Positions 28,158 through 40,000 of a stretch of DNA of 64,000 bases are shown here, one piece after another. The stretch covers positions 34,692 through 98,691 of the forward strand of contig DAXK01000025.1 in NCBI GenBank assembly GCA_002506365.1. The letters are read 5' to 3'. Each line of letters begins with the position of its first letter. Position 1 is the first letter of the stretch. Made by a program: the position numbers and the translations under genes. The notes below the pieces were generated by a model. That model was not told the DNA's origin. It searched no databases and worked only from the letters and a program-made list of their open reading frames with translations. This DNA comes from an archaeon UBA583. Its GTDB lineage: Archaea > Nanobdellota > Nanobdellia > Woesearchaeales > UBA583.

Positions 28158-29285
28158 TTACTTTGTAAACTTACTTCGTATATAACTAATCAAATCAGAA
28201 CCAGAAATATTAACACTTGAAGGTCCAACTCGAATATAAAATTCTTCTTTTTTCTCCCACAATAAAAATATCTCTTTTCTAAAACTTTCAACTTCAACTT
28301 TTAAAATATATTTATCCTCAAACCAAATTACATCAATCACAATATTTGAACTAACATTAGCACCAATTTGTTGTTTAATCATATTAACTAATTGTAATTT
28401 ACACTTATCATCAGATTTAAAATTATCTGGACCCAATCCTGAAATTTCCCCTAAATCTGAAACTCCAATAAATAAAACTCCTCCTTTTGAATTTAAAAAA
28501 GCACAAATTGTTTTCAAAACTGAATGTTCCATTCGTTTATCTAATTTATTTGTATGTAAATTTGTCCGTAAACTTTCCTTAAATTCAACTAAATCTGATT
28601 CACCCTTATCAATTAAATCTAAAATTAAATCTCTCGTTAAATTTAATTTTGAACTTTTAATTCCAAAAAATTTTCTAAAATAATAAATCACTTTATGTTT
28701 ATCATCCCCAACTAAATATAAATAAACAAAAATACTAACTAAAAACGATCCAAAAAAATGAACAGAAATAAATCCCAAACTAGCTGACAAATTATAAAAT
28801 AAAAAAGATAAACCAAACATATAATTCATTAAATACCTAAAAACTTCTATAAATGTTACAAAGGAAACTGAAAAAGAAAACAAAAAAAAAACTAAAAATC
28901 CAGGATTAATATTAGATATTTTTTTTTTATCCGATAAAAACCAATAAAATACAAAAAAACCTAAAATTGAAATTATAAAACTAAAAAATAAATTCTTTAA
29001 AACTCTAAAAATAAATTCCTGATGTAAATATCCAAAATCTAAAAAACCAAAAGTTCTAAAAAAAATTAAACCATAAATAAATACAACTAAAAAATACTCA
29101 AAAGCAGATAACTTTTGAAACTTACTAATAAACTTAAAAAAATAAGGAAAATAAAAAATAAAAAAAGTTAAAATAACAAAACTCAATATTATCCAATACT
29201 TTTCATATATTGAAATAATTCCTGCAAAAAATAAAAATAAGTTGAAATAAAGAAAATATAGCTTATCAAAATTAAGTTTACTCAT
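28158..29285 (-). CDS. Multi-pass membrane protein with C-terminal Schlafen/AlbA_2 domain
   Basis: About 6 Phe-rich TMs, then GESDLVEFKES, KTICAFLNSKGGVLFIGVSD, FYIRVGPSS. Confidence 0.85.
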   Translation of the reverse strand: MSKLNFDKLYFLYFNLFLFFAGIISIYEKYWIILSFVILTFFIFYFPYFFKFISKFQKLSAFEYFLVVFIYGLIFFRTFGFLDFGYLHQEFIFRVLKNLFFSFIISILGFFVFYWFLSDKKKISNINPGFLVFFLFSFSVSFVTFIEVFRYLMNYMFGLSFLFYNLSASLGFISVHFFGSFLVSIFVYLYLVGDDKHKVIYYFRKFFGIKSSKLNLTRDLILDLIDKGESDLVEFKESLRTNLHTNKLDKRMEHSVLKTICAFLNSKGGVLFIGVSDLGEISGLGPDNFKSDDKCKLQLVNMIKQQIGANVSSNIVIDVIWFEDKYILKVEVESFRKEIFLLWEKKEEFYIRVGPSSVNISGSDLISYIRSKFTK

Positions 29286-29438
29286 AAATAAACTAATATA
29301 TACATATATAAAAAGATAAATCACTTTAAAATAAAATAAAGTGTAGTTTAAATTTGAAACTTAAATAAAAATAAAACACAAAATCAAATTTTAAAGATAA
29401 AGTAAAATTATATTATAAAAAATAAGAAAATAAAAAAA

Positions 29439-30731
29439 TTACCAAGTAATTTTTTCTTTAGAAAAATAAAATGATACTGCTCCAAAAACACAAAACATTC
29501 CAGTTAAAATTAAACCGTATTTATATGAAAAATAATCATTAAATAATGATCCAAATAAAATTCCAATAAATAAAGCTAAACTCCACACAATCTCAGCCAC
29601 AGCAGTAACTCTCCCCATAAACTCCTTTTCAGTATTTAATTGAATTAAATATGAATACCTAATATACTGTAATCCCGCTACAACTCCAGTTAATACAACA
29701 ATAAAGAAAAATAAAACATAAAATTTTTCAATAGGTAAAACAAAACTTAAAATAGCTGCTAAAAACATTAAAAACGCCCCAAATAAAAAAACCCAAACAG
29801 ATAAAACTGATTCCTTAAATTTATGTAATAAACTTTTAATCGCTGGAGTAAACATTGCCCCAATAGCCACAAACAAAAAAATAAAAGTTGAATGACTCCC
29901 AACTAACATTGTATCCGTATTAAACCCTAAATCAAACAAAATCGGTTTAACATTTTCAAAAACTCTAATAGAATAATCGATAATAGTTGATGCAAATAAA
30001 GAAACTACAAAAAAATGGAAAAATATTAAATTTGAAATAATAAATTTAACATTAACATTTGAATTTAAATACATTAATCCTTCCTTAAGTTCAGTTTTAT
30101 GTCTCTTTATCCCATTTTTAAAACTCTCAACATTAGGTAACTTTTTACTCAAAACTTTATTTTCATCATTATATTTAATAAATAATAATAAAATTAAAGA
30201 TACAATATAAGTTAAAGAATCAAGCAAAAGAGCATTTTTAACACCTATCGCAGACAATAAAAAAGCTCCAACACCCAAACCAATAAACATTGCCAAAATT
30301 TCCATAAACGCAAAAAGTTTATTGAAAAAAACTAAATTTTCCTTTTTAACTAAAAACGGAATAATAGATTTTTTGGCAGGTTCAAACATTGAAGTAAAAA
30401 ACCCAATTAAAAAAACACAAAGATATAATATCCATAACGAATTATGAAAAAAATATAATAATAATAAAACTGATGCTCTCCCAATATCAGCAAAAATTAA
30501 AATTTTTCTCTTCTCAACTAAATCAGCCATTAAACCAAATAAATACCCAAAAATTAAAAATGGAAATATTTGAAAAGCAATAATAAATGAAGATTGTGAT
30601 GATGAATTAACATCCATAACAATCATTGCCGCAATTGTTAAAAAAACTGAAGTAGAAATTCTATCCCCTAAAATTGAAATAAATTGTCCAATCATTAATA
30701 AACTAAAATTCCTTTTAGTATTGTAAGCCAT
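29439..30731 (-). CDS. MFS transporter (DHA3/MFS_3-like)
   Basis: GQFISILGD, GLMADLVEKRKILIFADIGR, FEPA, MGRV; about 12 TMs. Confidence 0.9.
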   Translation of the reverse strand: MAYNTKRNFSLLMIGQFISILGDRISTSVFLTIAAMIVMDVNSSSQSSFIIAFQIFPFLIFGYLFGLMADLVEKRKILIFADIGRASVLLLLYFFHNSLWILYLCVFLIGFFTSMFEPAKKSIIPFLVKKENLVFFNKLFAFMEILAMFIGLGVGAFLLSAIGVKNALLLDSLTYIVSLILLLFIKYNDENKVLSKKLPNVESFKNGIKRHKTELKEGLMYLNSNVNVKFIISNLIFFHFFVVSLFASTIIDYSIRVFENVKPILFDLGFNTDTMLVGSHSTFIFLFVAIGAMFTPAIKSLLHKFKESVLSVWVFLFGAFLMFLAAILSFVLPIEKFYVLFFFIVVLTGVVAGLQYIRYSYLIQLNTEKEFMGRVTAVAEIVWSLALFIGILFGSLFNDYFSYKYGLILTGMFCVFGAVSFYFSKEKITW

Positions 30732-30835
30732 AATAAAATAAAATAAACTATTATTTAAAAAATCTACTCATAAAAATTTAATTAATTAATGAAAATCTAG
30801 AAATAATAATATAAAAAAATAATTGTTAAAAACAA

Positions 30836-31027
30836 TTATTTATAACGTCCAACAATGTCAATAGATTCAACATGTGACATCACAGCCCCTCTACAACAGA
30901 ATCTCTCTAACCCAATTGCATCTAAAGCTTCCTTAACACTCTTACCTTCTTCAATTAATTTATTATACTCATCCCAGTGAACAGAAATTGGTGTTCCACA
31001 GGAGATACATCTTACAGGAATAATCAT
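30836..31027 (-). CDS. rpoN: DNA-directed RNA polymerase subunit N (Rpo10)
   Basis: MIIPVRCISCG...LDAIGLERFCCR. Confidence 0.96.
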   Translation of the reverse strand: MIIPVRCISCGTPISVHWDEYNKLIEEGKSVKEALDAIGLERFCCRGAVMSHVESIDIVGRYK

Positions 31028-31166
31028 AGTAAAAATAAATCAAAAAAGATTTATAAGGTTATCCCAAAACTCCAAAGAAAACTACTATAAATAATGCCAA
31101 AAATAAATTAAAAAAACATAAATCAACTAATAAAAAAATAAAAAATAAAAAAAATGTGAAAAAGAA

Positions 31167-34100
31167 TTATAATTGACTAATAATCATTCTAACATAAAAA
31201 CTTGGATGTCCTTTTTGTAATAAAGTATTCAAAATATCATCATCTGAAATACCTCTACTCTTTAAAGACTTAATTAAATGAACTAAATTTTGTTCATAAT
31301 CAGCCATATTAGATACTAAACTTGTAGAATCAATCTTTGGAGCAGGTAAAACATCTTGCTTAACTCTTAAATCATTTAAATCATCTCTAACAAAAGTAAT
31401 TTCTTTCTCTAAACTATTTTTCATTAAATCAAAATCACGAACTCTCTTAACAACTTCTGATCCCGCAAAATTAATTCTATTAATATGTGTATCAACTAAA
31501 TTTACCTTATCAGTCATTAATTCTTTAACTTCCTTCATTAAATCCTCAACTTCATCAACAACAATACCTTTAAAATTTGTAAACTCTTCATTAATATCAA
31601 GCATCTTTCTATTCATAGATTGCTCTAAATTAACAATTTTATCATCAGTTAACTCTCTTAACTCAGCTTCAAGTTTTTGGAAATCATCCATCAGCTCATT
31701 TTCACGATTTGATAAAGCATCAACCTTAGATTTATTTTCTTCCTCAATTTGTAAAATTCTTGAATTAAAAGAAGACTCTAAAAACATTAATCTTTCTTCA
31801 ACTTTAGTATTTAACTCATTCTTTAAAGCTAAATTATCTTCAACTAACTCCCTTTCTCTTTGAGAAATTGACTTAATTCTCTCATTTGCTTCATCCTCAA
31901 TTGCAATAATTCTTGAATTAAAAGAAGACTCTAAATTCATAACTCTCTCCTCAATCCTCTCATTTACATTTTGACTTAAATCACTTAAATCCTCAACAAA
32001 TTCTCTTTCCCTTTGAGAAATAAATAATAATCTTTGTTCAGAATCAGTCTCAAACTTAGAAACTTTCCCAGTAAATGTTTTTTCTAAATCATCAAACTTT
32101 TTATCAATAATTCCACCAAATTCTTCATTAATATTTGTAAAACTCTCAACAAATTCCTCCTCTCTTTTTTCAAGAGTTAAAACTCCACTCTCAATTTTTT
32201 TCTCAATTCTCTTTTCAAAAGAAATAACACTTTGAGTTAAATCATCTTCCCTAGACTCAACCATCTCAACTTTCTTCTCAACAGTTTGAACTTTACTATT
32301 AATTGAATCTTCAACAATCTTTAACATATCTAAACTTTGTTCAACTCTATCCTCAACAAACTTTAAATTTTTATCAACAAACTTTTTCTCAATTGCTTCT
32401 AATTTTTCCTTTTGAAAATTAAATAAATTATTTACTTTCTCATTAAAAGTATCTCTAAATCTATCCTCATTAGCTTGAGACTTCTCTTTTTCTAACATAA
32501 TAACTTCAGAAATTGAATCTCGTATAGAATTACCAAAAGTTTCAATATCTAACTTTCTAGCTTTTGTAGTCTCCTCTAACTCCCCAACAAAAACATCTTT
32601 CTCAACTTCTAAATTTCTCTCCTCAGTCTTAATTTTATTTAATTGTTCATCTAAACTCTCAACATACTCTTTTGTATGATTAGCAATTTCAGCCTTAAAC
32701 TTCCCAAGTTCAGAAATCGCAACATTTTTTTCATCCTCTAAAGTTAATAACTTTTTCAAAAACTCTTCTTCCTTTAATTTTAATTCATGTTCAAATTTTT
32801 CTAAACTTAAATTAAATTCTTCCTCACTTTTTTTAATTGAAAAAATTACTTTATCTTCAACATCAGCTTTCAAATCAGACCTAAAATCATTAGTCTCAGC
32901 TTTAATCTTAGTTAATTGATCAGAACAAACAGTAACTTGTTTTGCTAAAACTTCTTCAACTTCAACTCTTAAACTATCAAAAACCTCACCAGATTTTTCC
33001 ATATCTCTAGCAATTTCTCTCTTAGAACTTGAAAGTAACTCAACAATCTCAGAATGAATCTCAGTTCTCTCATTTTGAAGTAATTCTCTCTCATGATTAA
33101 TAGCTTCAACCTTTCCAGATAAAGATTCTTCTTGAATTTTTAACCTTTGTTCAAAATTTTCAATATGAACTTCAAATTGTCTATCAAACTCCTCAACTTG
33201 TTCTTTTAATTTTGCAGATACAACATTTGCTAAAGAAGTTTCAATATCCTTATTCTCAATTTCAAACTTTTGAAAAATTGAATCAATTCTTAATTGAGTT
33301 GTTTGAATAGACTCTGAAAATCTTTCCTCAAAACTTTCCTTTTCCTTCTCTAAACTTTCTCTCTCAAAATTCACTAAATTTAAACTCTTCTCAAACTTTT
33401 CCTCAACTTTAGCTACTTTCTTTTCAAACTTTAAAAAATTAGAATCATACTTTTTATTAAATTTCTCAATTTGAACATTTAATTTTTTAGTAACAGTCTC
33501 AAACAATCCAGCTTTTACATCCTTATTTGATTCCTTAACTGACAAAATAGCTTCCTTAACTTGATTTTTAGACTCAATAAATAATTTTGAAAATTTCTCA
33601 TTAAAATTATTTCTCTCATTTGCTAACCCTTCCCTATCTAAAGATAATTTTTTAATTTCTGAATCTAACATTAAATCTCGCGCATCCAATTCTTTCTCAA
33701 AACTATTTAACTCATCACTTAAAGTTTTCTTAAATTCATCAACTTGTGATAATAATCTTCCTTCAACTTCATGTTTTAAAATATCAAACTTTTGATTATT
33801 ACTATCCTCAATCCTACTTAAAGTATCATTATTAATTTTAACTTGATTATCTAACTCAAACTCTACATTACTTTTCGTATCAGACACTAAAGAACTAAAC
33901 TTATCCTCTAAACTAACTGCGATATTTTCTAAATCTTTTCTATCCTTAGTTAACTGTTTAATTTCAGAACTAAACTTTAAATCTCTTGCATCTAATTCTT
34001 TTGTAAAATTAATTAATTCTGTATCTAAACTTTTTTTAAAATCATTAATTTGAGTAAACAACTTTTCCTCAACACTATCTTTTAAATCTTTTAACTTTTC

Positions 34101-35246
34101 CTTTGAATCTAATTCAACTCTCGCTAAAGTTTCATTATTAACCTTAATTTGATTATCTAAATCAAATTTAATTTGTGCTTCCGCCTTAAAGATTTTATCT
34201 TTAATATCCTTATTAAAAATTTTCTTTTCTTTTTCTAAATCAAGTTTTTTCAAAAGTTCATCCATTTCAGCTTTAAAAGCTGTGATTTTATTTTCTAAAA
34301 CTGAAACATCCATCCCAATTTGAATCTTAACTTTTTGCATAAAATCTTTCTCTTTTAAAGTTAAATCAGATTCCCTATTTGACAAAACTTTCAATTCCTT
34401 ATCTAAAGACTCAATATAATTTTTAACATGATTTGACAAATCAGCCTTAAAAACTTTTAATTCAGATTCTAAATCATTTTCCTTTTTACTAAAATCTTGA
34501 TGATTAGCTTGTAATTCAATTTCAATTCTATGTAATAATTCCTGTCTAATTTTTTTCTCAACTTGCTCAAATTGATTATCAACATTTAACTCAAAATTAC
34601 CAAATACTTTTTTTTGATTCTCAGTAAATTCATCTTCAAATAAATTCACCTTATCAACAACTTCATTAACCTTACCTACAATAAATTGTGCTTGCCTTCT
34701 TTCCTCCTCACGAATTTCAACACTATTTTTTTCCTCAAACTTTTCATTACTCTTAATTAAATCATTAATTGATTTTTTCATATCAGAAATTTCTAAATCT
34801 GTTTTTTTATGTAAAGCAATTGTAGACTCAATAGCTTTTGATAATTTAGAAGAAATTAAACCCTCAATACTAATTTGTAAATCCTCTGAAACATTTTTCT
34901 TAAAAGTTTCAAATTGTTTTTGTAAATTAGAATTAGTCTTTAATCCATCTAATAATTTATCCTCAAAACTCTCCAAAATATTTGTAAACTTTTTATGTGA
35001 TTTTTTATGTTTAAAATCAAACTCACCTTTTAATTTATCAAACTCATCCTCTAAAATTAAATTAAATTCTTTACTAACTTCCTTTTTAATTTTAGGCATA
35101 CTTAATTTTTTTAAAATCGGATTAACTTCATCTAAAATTTCAGATTTCAAATTAGTCAAAATATCTTCATTTTTAATAGTTGTAGATTTTTTAGAAATTG
35201 TTTTTTTAGCTGTTTTAGTTCCAGCTGTTTTCTTAACGATACTCAT
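31167..35246 (-). CDS. Giant coiled-coil protein (~1359 aa)
   Basis: E/K/L/F-rich, nearly Pro-free, internal 51-aa repeats, no Walker motifs; start 35246 or 35261. Confidence 0.85.
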   Translation of the reverse strand: MSIVKKTAGTKTAKKTISKKSTTIKNEDILTNLKSEILDEVNPILKKLSMPKIKKEVSKEFNLILEDEFDKLKGEFDFKHKKSHKKFTNILESFEDKLLDGLKTNSNLQKQFETFKKNVSEDLQISIEGLISSKLSKAIESTIALHKKTDLEISDMKKSINDLIKSNEKFEEKNSVEIREEERRQAQFIVGKVNEVVDKVNLFEDEFTENQKKVFGNFELNVDNQFEQVEKKIRQELLHRIEIELQANHQDFSKKENDLESELKVFKADLSNHVKNYIESLDKELKVLSNRESDLTLKEKDFMQKVKIQIGMDVSVLENKITAFKAEMDELLKKLDLEKEKKIFNKDIKDKIFKAEAQIKFDLDNQIKVNNETLARVELDSKEKLKDLKDSVEEKLFTQINDFKKSLDTELINFTKELDARDLKFSSEIKQLTKDRKDLENIAVSLEDKFSSLVSDTKSNVEFELDNQVKINNDTLSRIEDSNNQKFDILKHEVEGRLLSQVDEFKKTLSDELNSFEKELDARDLMLDSEIKKLSLDREGLANERNNFNEKFSKLFIESKNQVKEAILSVKESNKDVKAGLFETVTKKLNVQIEKFNKKYDSNFLKFEKKVAKVEEKFEKSLNLVNFERESLEKEKESFEERFSESIQTTQLRIDSIFQKFEIENKDIETSLANVVSAKLKEQVEEFDRQFEVHIENFEQRLKIQEESLSGKVEAINHERELLQNERTEIHSEIVELLSSSKREIARDMEKSGEVFDSLRVEVEEVLAKQVTVCSDQLTKIKAETNDFRSDLKADVEDKVIFSIKKSEEEFNLSLEKFEHELKLKEEEFLKKLLTLEDEKNVAISELGKFKAEIANHTKEYVESLDEQLNKIKTEERNLEVEKDVFVGELEETTKARKLDIETFGNSIRDSISEVIMLEKEKSQANEDRFRDTFNEKVNNLFNFQKEKLEAIEKKFVDKNLKFVEDRVEQSLDMLKIVEDSINSKVQTVEKKVEMVESREDDLTQSVISFEKRIEKKIESGVLTLEKREEEFVESFTNINEEFGGIIDKKFDDLEKTFTGKVSKFETDSEQRLLFISQREREFVEDLSDLSQNVNERIEERVMNLESSFNSRIIAIEDEANERIKSISQRERELVEDNLALKNELNTKVEERLMFLESSFNSRILQIEEENKSKVDALSNRENELMDDFQKLEAELRELTDDKIVNLEQSMNRKMLDINEEFTNFKGIVVDEVEDLMKEVKELMTDKVNLVDTHINRINFAGSEVVKRVRDFDLMKNSLEKEITFVRDDLNDLRVKQDVLPAPKIDSTSLVSNMADYEQNLVHLIKSLKSRGISDDDILNTLLQKGHPSFYVRMIISQL

Positions 35247-35513
35247 AACATTTTTTAGCATATAAAGATTATATATCTTATTCTTAATTCAAAAATAGTT
35301 AAATCACATATCAAATAACACATAAATAAAAATTAAAAAAATAACTCCTAAAAAAAGTTAAATTAAACTCAAAAACAAATAAATTAAAACTAAAAAAATA
35401 TATTTCAAAATTTTCAAAATAACTAAAAACTTGGAAACATTTTTAAACAATACAAGTTTATTTTATAATTAGACGGATTGGCAATTAAGTAGAACTTATT
35501 TTGACAACATATT

Positions 35514-35596
35514 GTAGGGGTCGCCCAGTCCGGTCAAAGGCGCTGGATTTAGGCTCCAGTCTGTAAAGTTCGTGGGTTCAAATCCCATCCCTTACA
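35514..35596 (+). tRNA. tRNA-Leu (TAG)
   Basis: GTAGGGG/CCCTTAC acceptor, CTGGA-TTTAGGC-TCCAG anticodon arm, long variable arm, GTGGG-TTCAAAT-CCCAT. Confidence 0.95.
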
Positions 35597-35746
35597 CTCT
35601 TTTTTAAGTATTAAAAATTTATTGAGAATTTTACTATATAAAATAATTTGAGGAGATATAATATAATCAATAGATCCAGTTTAATAATTAGTTCAAATAT
35701 TATTTTAAAATTAAAGAAAAATTAGTTATAATTTTACTATATAAAA

Positions 35747-36937
35747 TTAACCTAAAAAATTAAGATTTAATTTGGCTCCTTTTGATTTGCCAGAATTATG
35801 TATTTCAGCTTTAGCTCTAAATGAATCCATATGTTTATTTAAAGCAGCATTTGCAATCTTATCTGGAATATATTCAGCAAACCAAAAAGGATTTGAATCT
35901 TCATTTCTATCAAGTTGATAATTTTTATTAGATTTTATTAAAGGTAAATATACATTTTCTCTAAAAAATTTAATTTCTTCACATGCTTGTAATTCCTGGG
36001 CATTTTGCATATTATTTTTATATTTAAAAGGTTCAAATTTAATTAAATCAACTAAGTAAAGATTCATTAAAATATTTATAGTCCAAATAATTAATTTAAA
36101 ATTTTTTGATTTTGGATTAATATCATATATAATTAACTTTAAAGTATTTAATGACTCACGATTGTTATTATTATATTTATCAGTTCCTTTTTTATCAACT
36201 ATTTTAAATTTTTGTTCCCCTATTTTCTCCCCATAAATCGCATAAAATAATGTTTTTAAAAAAGGTTCAGAATATCTATAGTTTGAATTTTCCAAATTAT
36301 CAATATATCTTTCAATAGCTTTTTTAAATTCATACATTGCAGAGTTTTTAGATTTAATATATTTATTAAAATCCACATAAGAATTATACTCAACTAATGG
36401 ATTATTAACACTACTTGAATTACTCCCATCAGTAAATCTTGGTTTTTTTCTAATTAGATTTACTTTATTCCAAATACTTGGATCTACTGGTTTAACACTA
36501 CTTCCAGACTTACCTGGCCTTCGCATAAAAAATGGAAATAATGTCCAAAATGCAGGGTCATAAGTTTTAGTTTCATCAGTAATCATCCACACATTATCGT
36601 TTGAATCATAATATTCTGTATCATGAACACTTTCACCAAAAAGAACATATTCTCCAAATTTTTTTTCATAATCACCAATATTTCCATTAATAATCATTTC
36701 ATAAAATTTTCTTAAACCCAAACTATCTATATCATTAATCCATTTAGGCATTGATTGTTTTTTTCTTTGTTTTGTTTTCAAACCAGCATTAGCAGTTCCA
36801 GGTAAAATTGTAGCTGCAGCAATTCCTGCAACCCCCATAGCCCCTTTTTTTAAAAAATCACGTCGACTAGAATTAATATTTTCATCTGGAATATCATGTC
36901 CCATATTTTGTAAAGCAGATTTTATTTTTTCAAACAT
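35747..36937 (-). CDS. Hypothetical protein with twin-arginine (Tat) signal peptide
   Basis: SSRRDFLKKGAMGVAGIAAATILPGTANA. Confidence 0.8.
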   Translation of the reverse strand: MFEKIKSALQNMGHDIPDENINSSRRDFLKKGAMGVAGIAAATILPGTANAGLKTKQRKKQSMPKWINDIDSLGLRKFYEMIINGNIGDYEKKFGEYVLFGESVHDTEYYDSNDNVWMITDETKTYDPAFWTLFPFFMRRPGKSGSSVKPVDPSIWNKVNLIRKKPRFTDGSNSSSVNNPLVEYNSYVDFNKYIKSKNSAMYEFKKAIERYIDNLENSNYRYSEPFLKTLFYAIYGEKIGEQKFKIVDKKGTDKYNNNNRESLNTLKLIIYDINPKSKNFKLIIWTINILMNLYLVDLIKFEPFKYKNNMQNAQELQACEEIKFFRENVYLPLIKSNKNYQLDRNEDSNPFWFAEYIPDKIANAALNKHMDSFRAKAEIHNSGKSKGAKLNLNFLG

Positions 36938-36969
36938 AAATCAAAACTTAAAAAATTAATATATAAATG

Positions 36970-36993
36970 TTTGTGACTTTTAAAAGTCACAAA
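36970..36993. promoter_or_regulatory. Perfect 24-bp palindrome (operator or terminator)
   Basis: TTTGTGACTTTTAAAAGTCACAAA, between the upstream gene's stop and the TATA-like box of the Tat-signal gene. Confidence 0.5.
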
Positions 36994-37005
36994 AGAATAA
37001 AATAA

Positions 37006-40000
37006 CTAATTATTTTTCCTTAAATAAAAACTAATTGAACCTTTATTTTTACTAACTCCATTATCAAAAATATCATAATCCAAAGTTAATTTTGGTGTTT
37101 GAGAACTTCCAAAAAAATAATCCCAACCAGAACCAGTTGTTGAAACTAAATTATTATCTTCTAAAATATCAAAAATTAAACCTAACTCATCATTATTAAT
37201 AAAATTCTCAAATTTTTTTGAATCCACTGAAATTAAACCTTTATCTCCAAAATCCAATCTATCCACACTCAATCTAAACTCTCCACTCATCTTATCAGAA
37301 CGATAATTCCCTCCAAAAATAAATTCTAATTTTAAATCTAATGAACTTGAATCTAAATCAACAGGATAATTATCATTATTATCTAAACTTGTAATATCAA
37401 AATAATATTTATTAGCAACATTTGATTCCTTACTTAAAGTAAAACTTATTTTTTCTTCACGAGTATTAACTGGAACATTTGAAATAATATTCCCTTCCTC
37501 ATCAGTTCCCGCATTCGGATTATAATTTTTAAAAGTTTCAACTGAAGAAATTAAATCTACATTTGAATACTCAATCATCTTTAAATTCACATTACAAGAA
37601 CCTGGACTCACACTAGCACTCTTAAAACTAATTTGTTTTCCACTTCTAGATTCTAAACCTCCAATATATGATCCATTTTGAGGAATTAATTCAACTTTAA
37701 AATCTATATTACTTAATTCACCACCATAACTAATTTGTAATTTATTAGTCATATTTGCTTTAAATACAATATATTTATCTTCATCCGAACCATGAACCTC
37801 TTTAGGTTCAGATGTCTCATCAACTCCATCAATAACAATACTAGTTGGAGTAAAAGTTACAACTTTATCCTTATCTGTTGAAGTAATTTTAACAAAATAA
37901 GCTCCTTCACCAGTATGAGTTGCAACTAAACCAGAACTATCGCCAACTAAAGGTAACTCTTCAAATAATTGATTAACAACAAATCCTTTACCTAATTTAT
38001 CATTTTCAATTCTAATAAAACCAATTTCATTTTTCTTAGTTTTTTCAGCATGTAAATAATATTCATTATCTTTTCCTTCATTACAAACTCCATAATAAAC
38101 AATTGCAGCATCATCAGTATATAAATTTAAATCAGGTGATGTGAATTTAATTTTCCCTGAAACTGATTCTCCTGAATAAAATGGTTTAGGAGTAATTGAA
38201 GACTCAGAACTTCTTGGAACAATTCTTGACTTACTAGTATCAATTGTAAATAAATTACTTTCACTTGAATCTCCAAAAATTGAATCACACTTAAACCCAG
38301 CACCAGCACCTAATAACCCAGCTGAAAAAGAACACTGAGCAAATAAAGTTTCAGCCTTATGAGCAATTGGAAACTCTTGAACCTTAGTTTGTTTTGTTCC
38401 CTTCATATCATAACTATGTGTAATTCTTAACTTATTATACCAAACTCTAGCAGGAGCTTCAGTAATAATTTGAGACTCTTGTTTACTTCCACCATCTCTA
38501 ACAATTAAAGTTTTAGACTTAAAACTACCAGCATTAACTTCAGAACTTACAATAACTCCCTCATCTGGACAAAATTCAGAATTATCATATCCCTTATCAC
38601 AAATTAATTCAATCTTTGAAGTAATTGCTTGACCACCAGATAACGCTCCATAAGTAAATAAATATCTAATTGATAACTGACCTGTAACTGGGTCATAACC
38701 TTGTAATCTGGATTCAGGAAATGGAGGTCCAAAAGTTGGTTCAACTTCATTAGCTTCAATTGAACTTAAAATATTTTCAGTTAAAGCAGACCAATCCCCA
38801 GTAATTGCTCCTAAACAAGCTTTATTAATAATACTATCAGAACTTAAACCACTTTGAGATAAAATTGAACCATCATAACGACTTTCAAACTTTTCCTTAT
38901 TTTTATTCATTTGACCAAAAAAATCAAAAGTAGGTTTTCTCTCACCAGAACCTTCAGCCCCAGACTGTGAGTTATAAGATTGTTGTAATTCAGGTAAAAT
39001 AACATTTGTTGCAACATCACAAACCGCTTGCCCAAATAATCTTTGACAATAACTACCCTTAACTGTTCCAATCTTTGCTTGTTCCAAACAATCATAAATT
39101 CCTTGTTGAATTTTTAATAAATTTTTAGAATGTGAATAAGTATCAACAATTGCTCCACATCTAATAGATGATAAAATACTAACTGATGAAGACTTACCAG
39201 AAACTCCTGACTCTTGTGACCATTCACCATCTCCCTCTTCAACTGTATCAGCACCAAAAAAATTACATTTAGTATCATCAAAATTTGGAGCTCCAGCACT
39301 ATAACAAACTTGTCCCTTAAAAGCTCCAAAATTAACTGAATCAGTTTCTTTATCATAAGGCAAACACTGTTTATCAAAATCTAATTCTGCTTCAACAGTA
39401 TGTGAAAATCCACTTGAACTTTCATCAGAATATTTTTTTCCACTACCTGAAACCCACTTTCCACCAGTCACTGTATCAGTATTACAATCACCACCAACAT
39501 TTGGTTCAAATTTACCTACAACTTTATCTCCTTGAGTATAACTTACCCCATGAGAATATTCATCTTTACTCATAAATTGATCTTGCGCCCCATCACACTT
39601 ATATGGTGCAGGTAATCCAGCAATTCTATCACAAGCCATATATAACTCTCTATCAGCTTTATTATATTCAGCCTCCTTATCATCTGAATCTGATACTTCA
39701 ATTGATGCTCTATCCCAAGCATTTTGAAACTTAGCATAAGTACAATAAACAACTCCACCTAATGATGCCCATTTCATACCTTCAGTAAATTGTTCAGTAA
39801 CCTTAATTGTTTTATTCAAAAACGCTTGAGCTTTTTCAATTTTTTCAACAGACAACCAATCTTGAGTATTCTCAACAACAACTTTTGTTTGAAAATAAAC
39901 TGGATTAACTGTATCAATTGGAACATCAATTTCTTCTAACCCATAAACAATACTTAAACCAAATCCAATTTCAATTTCATCAAACCAATCTCTCTCATCT

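Noticed and set aside
31167..35246. SMC/Rad50 assignment for the coiled-coil protein
   Set aside because: No Walker A/B, signature motif, hinge or zinc hook.
35597..37005. Integrated element at tRNA-Leu
   Set aside because: No duplicated tRNA 3' end and no integrase found by eye.
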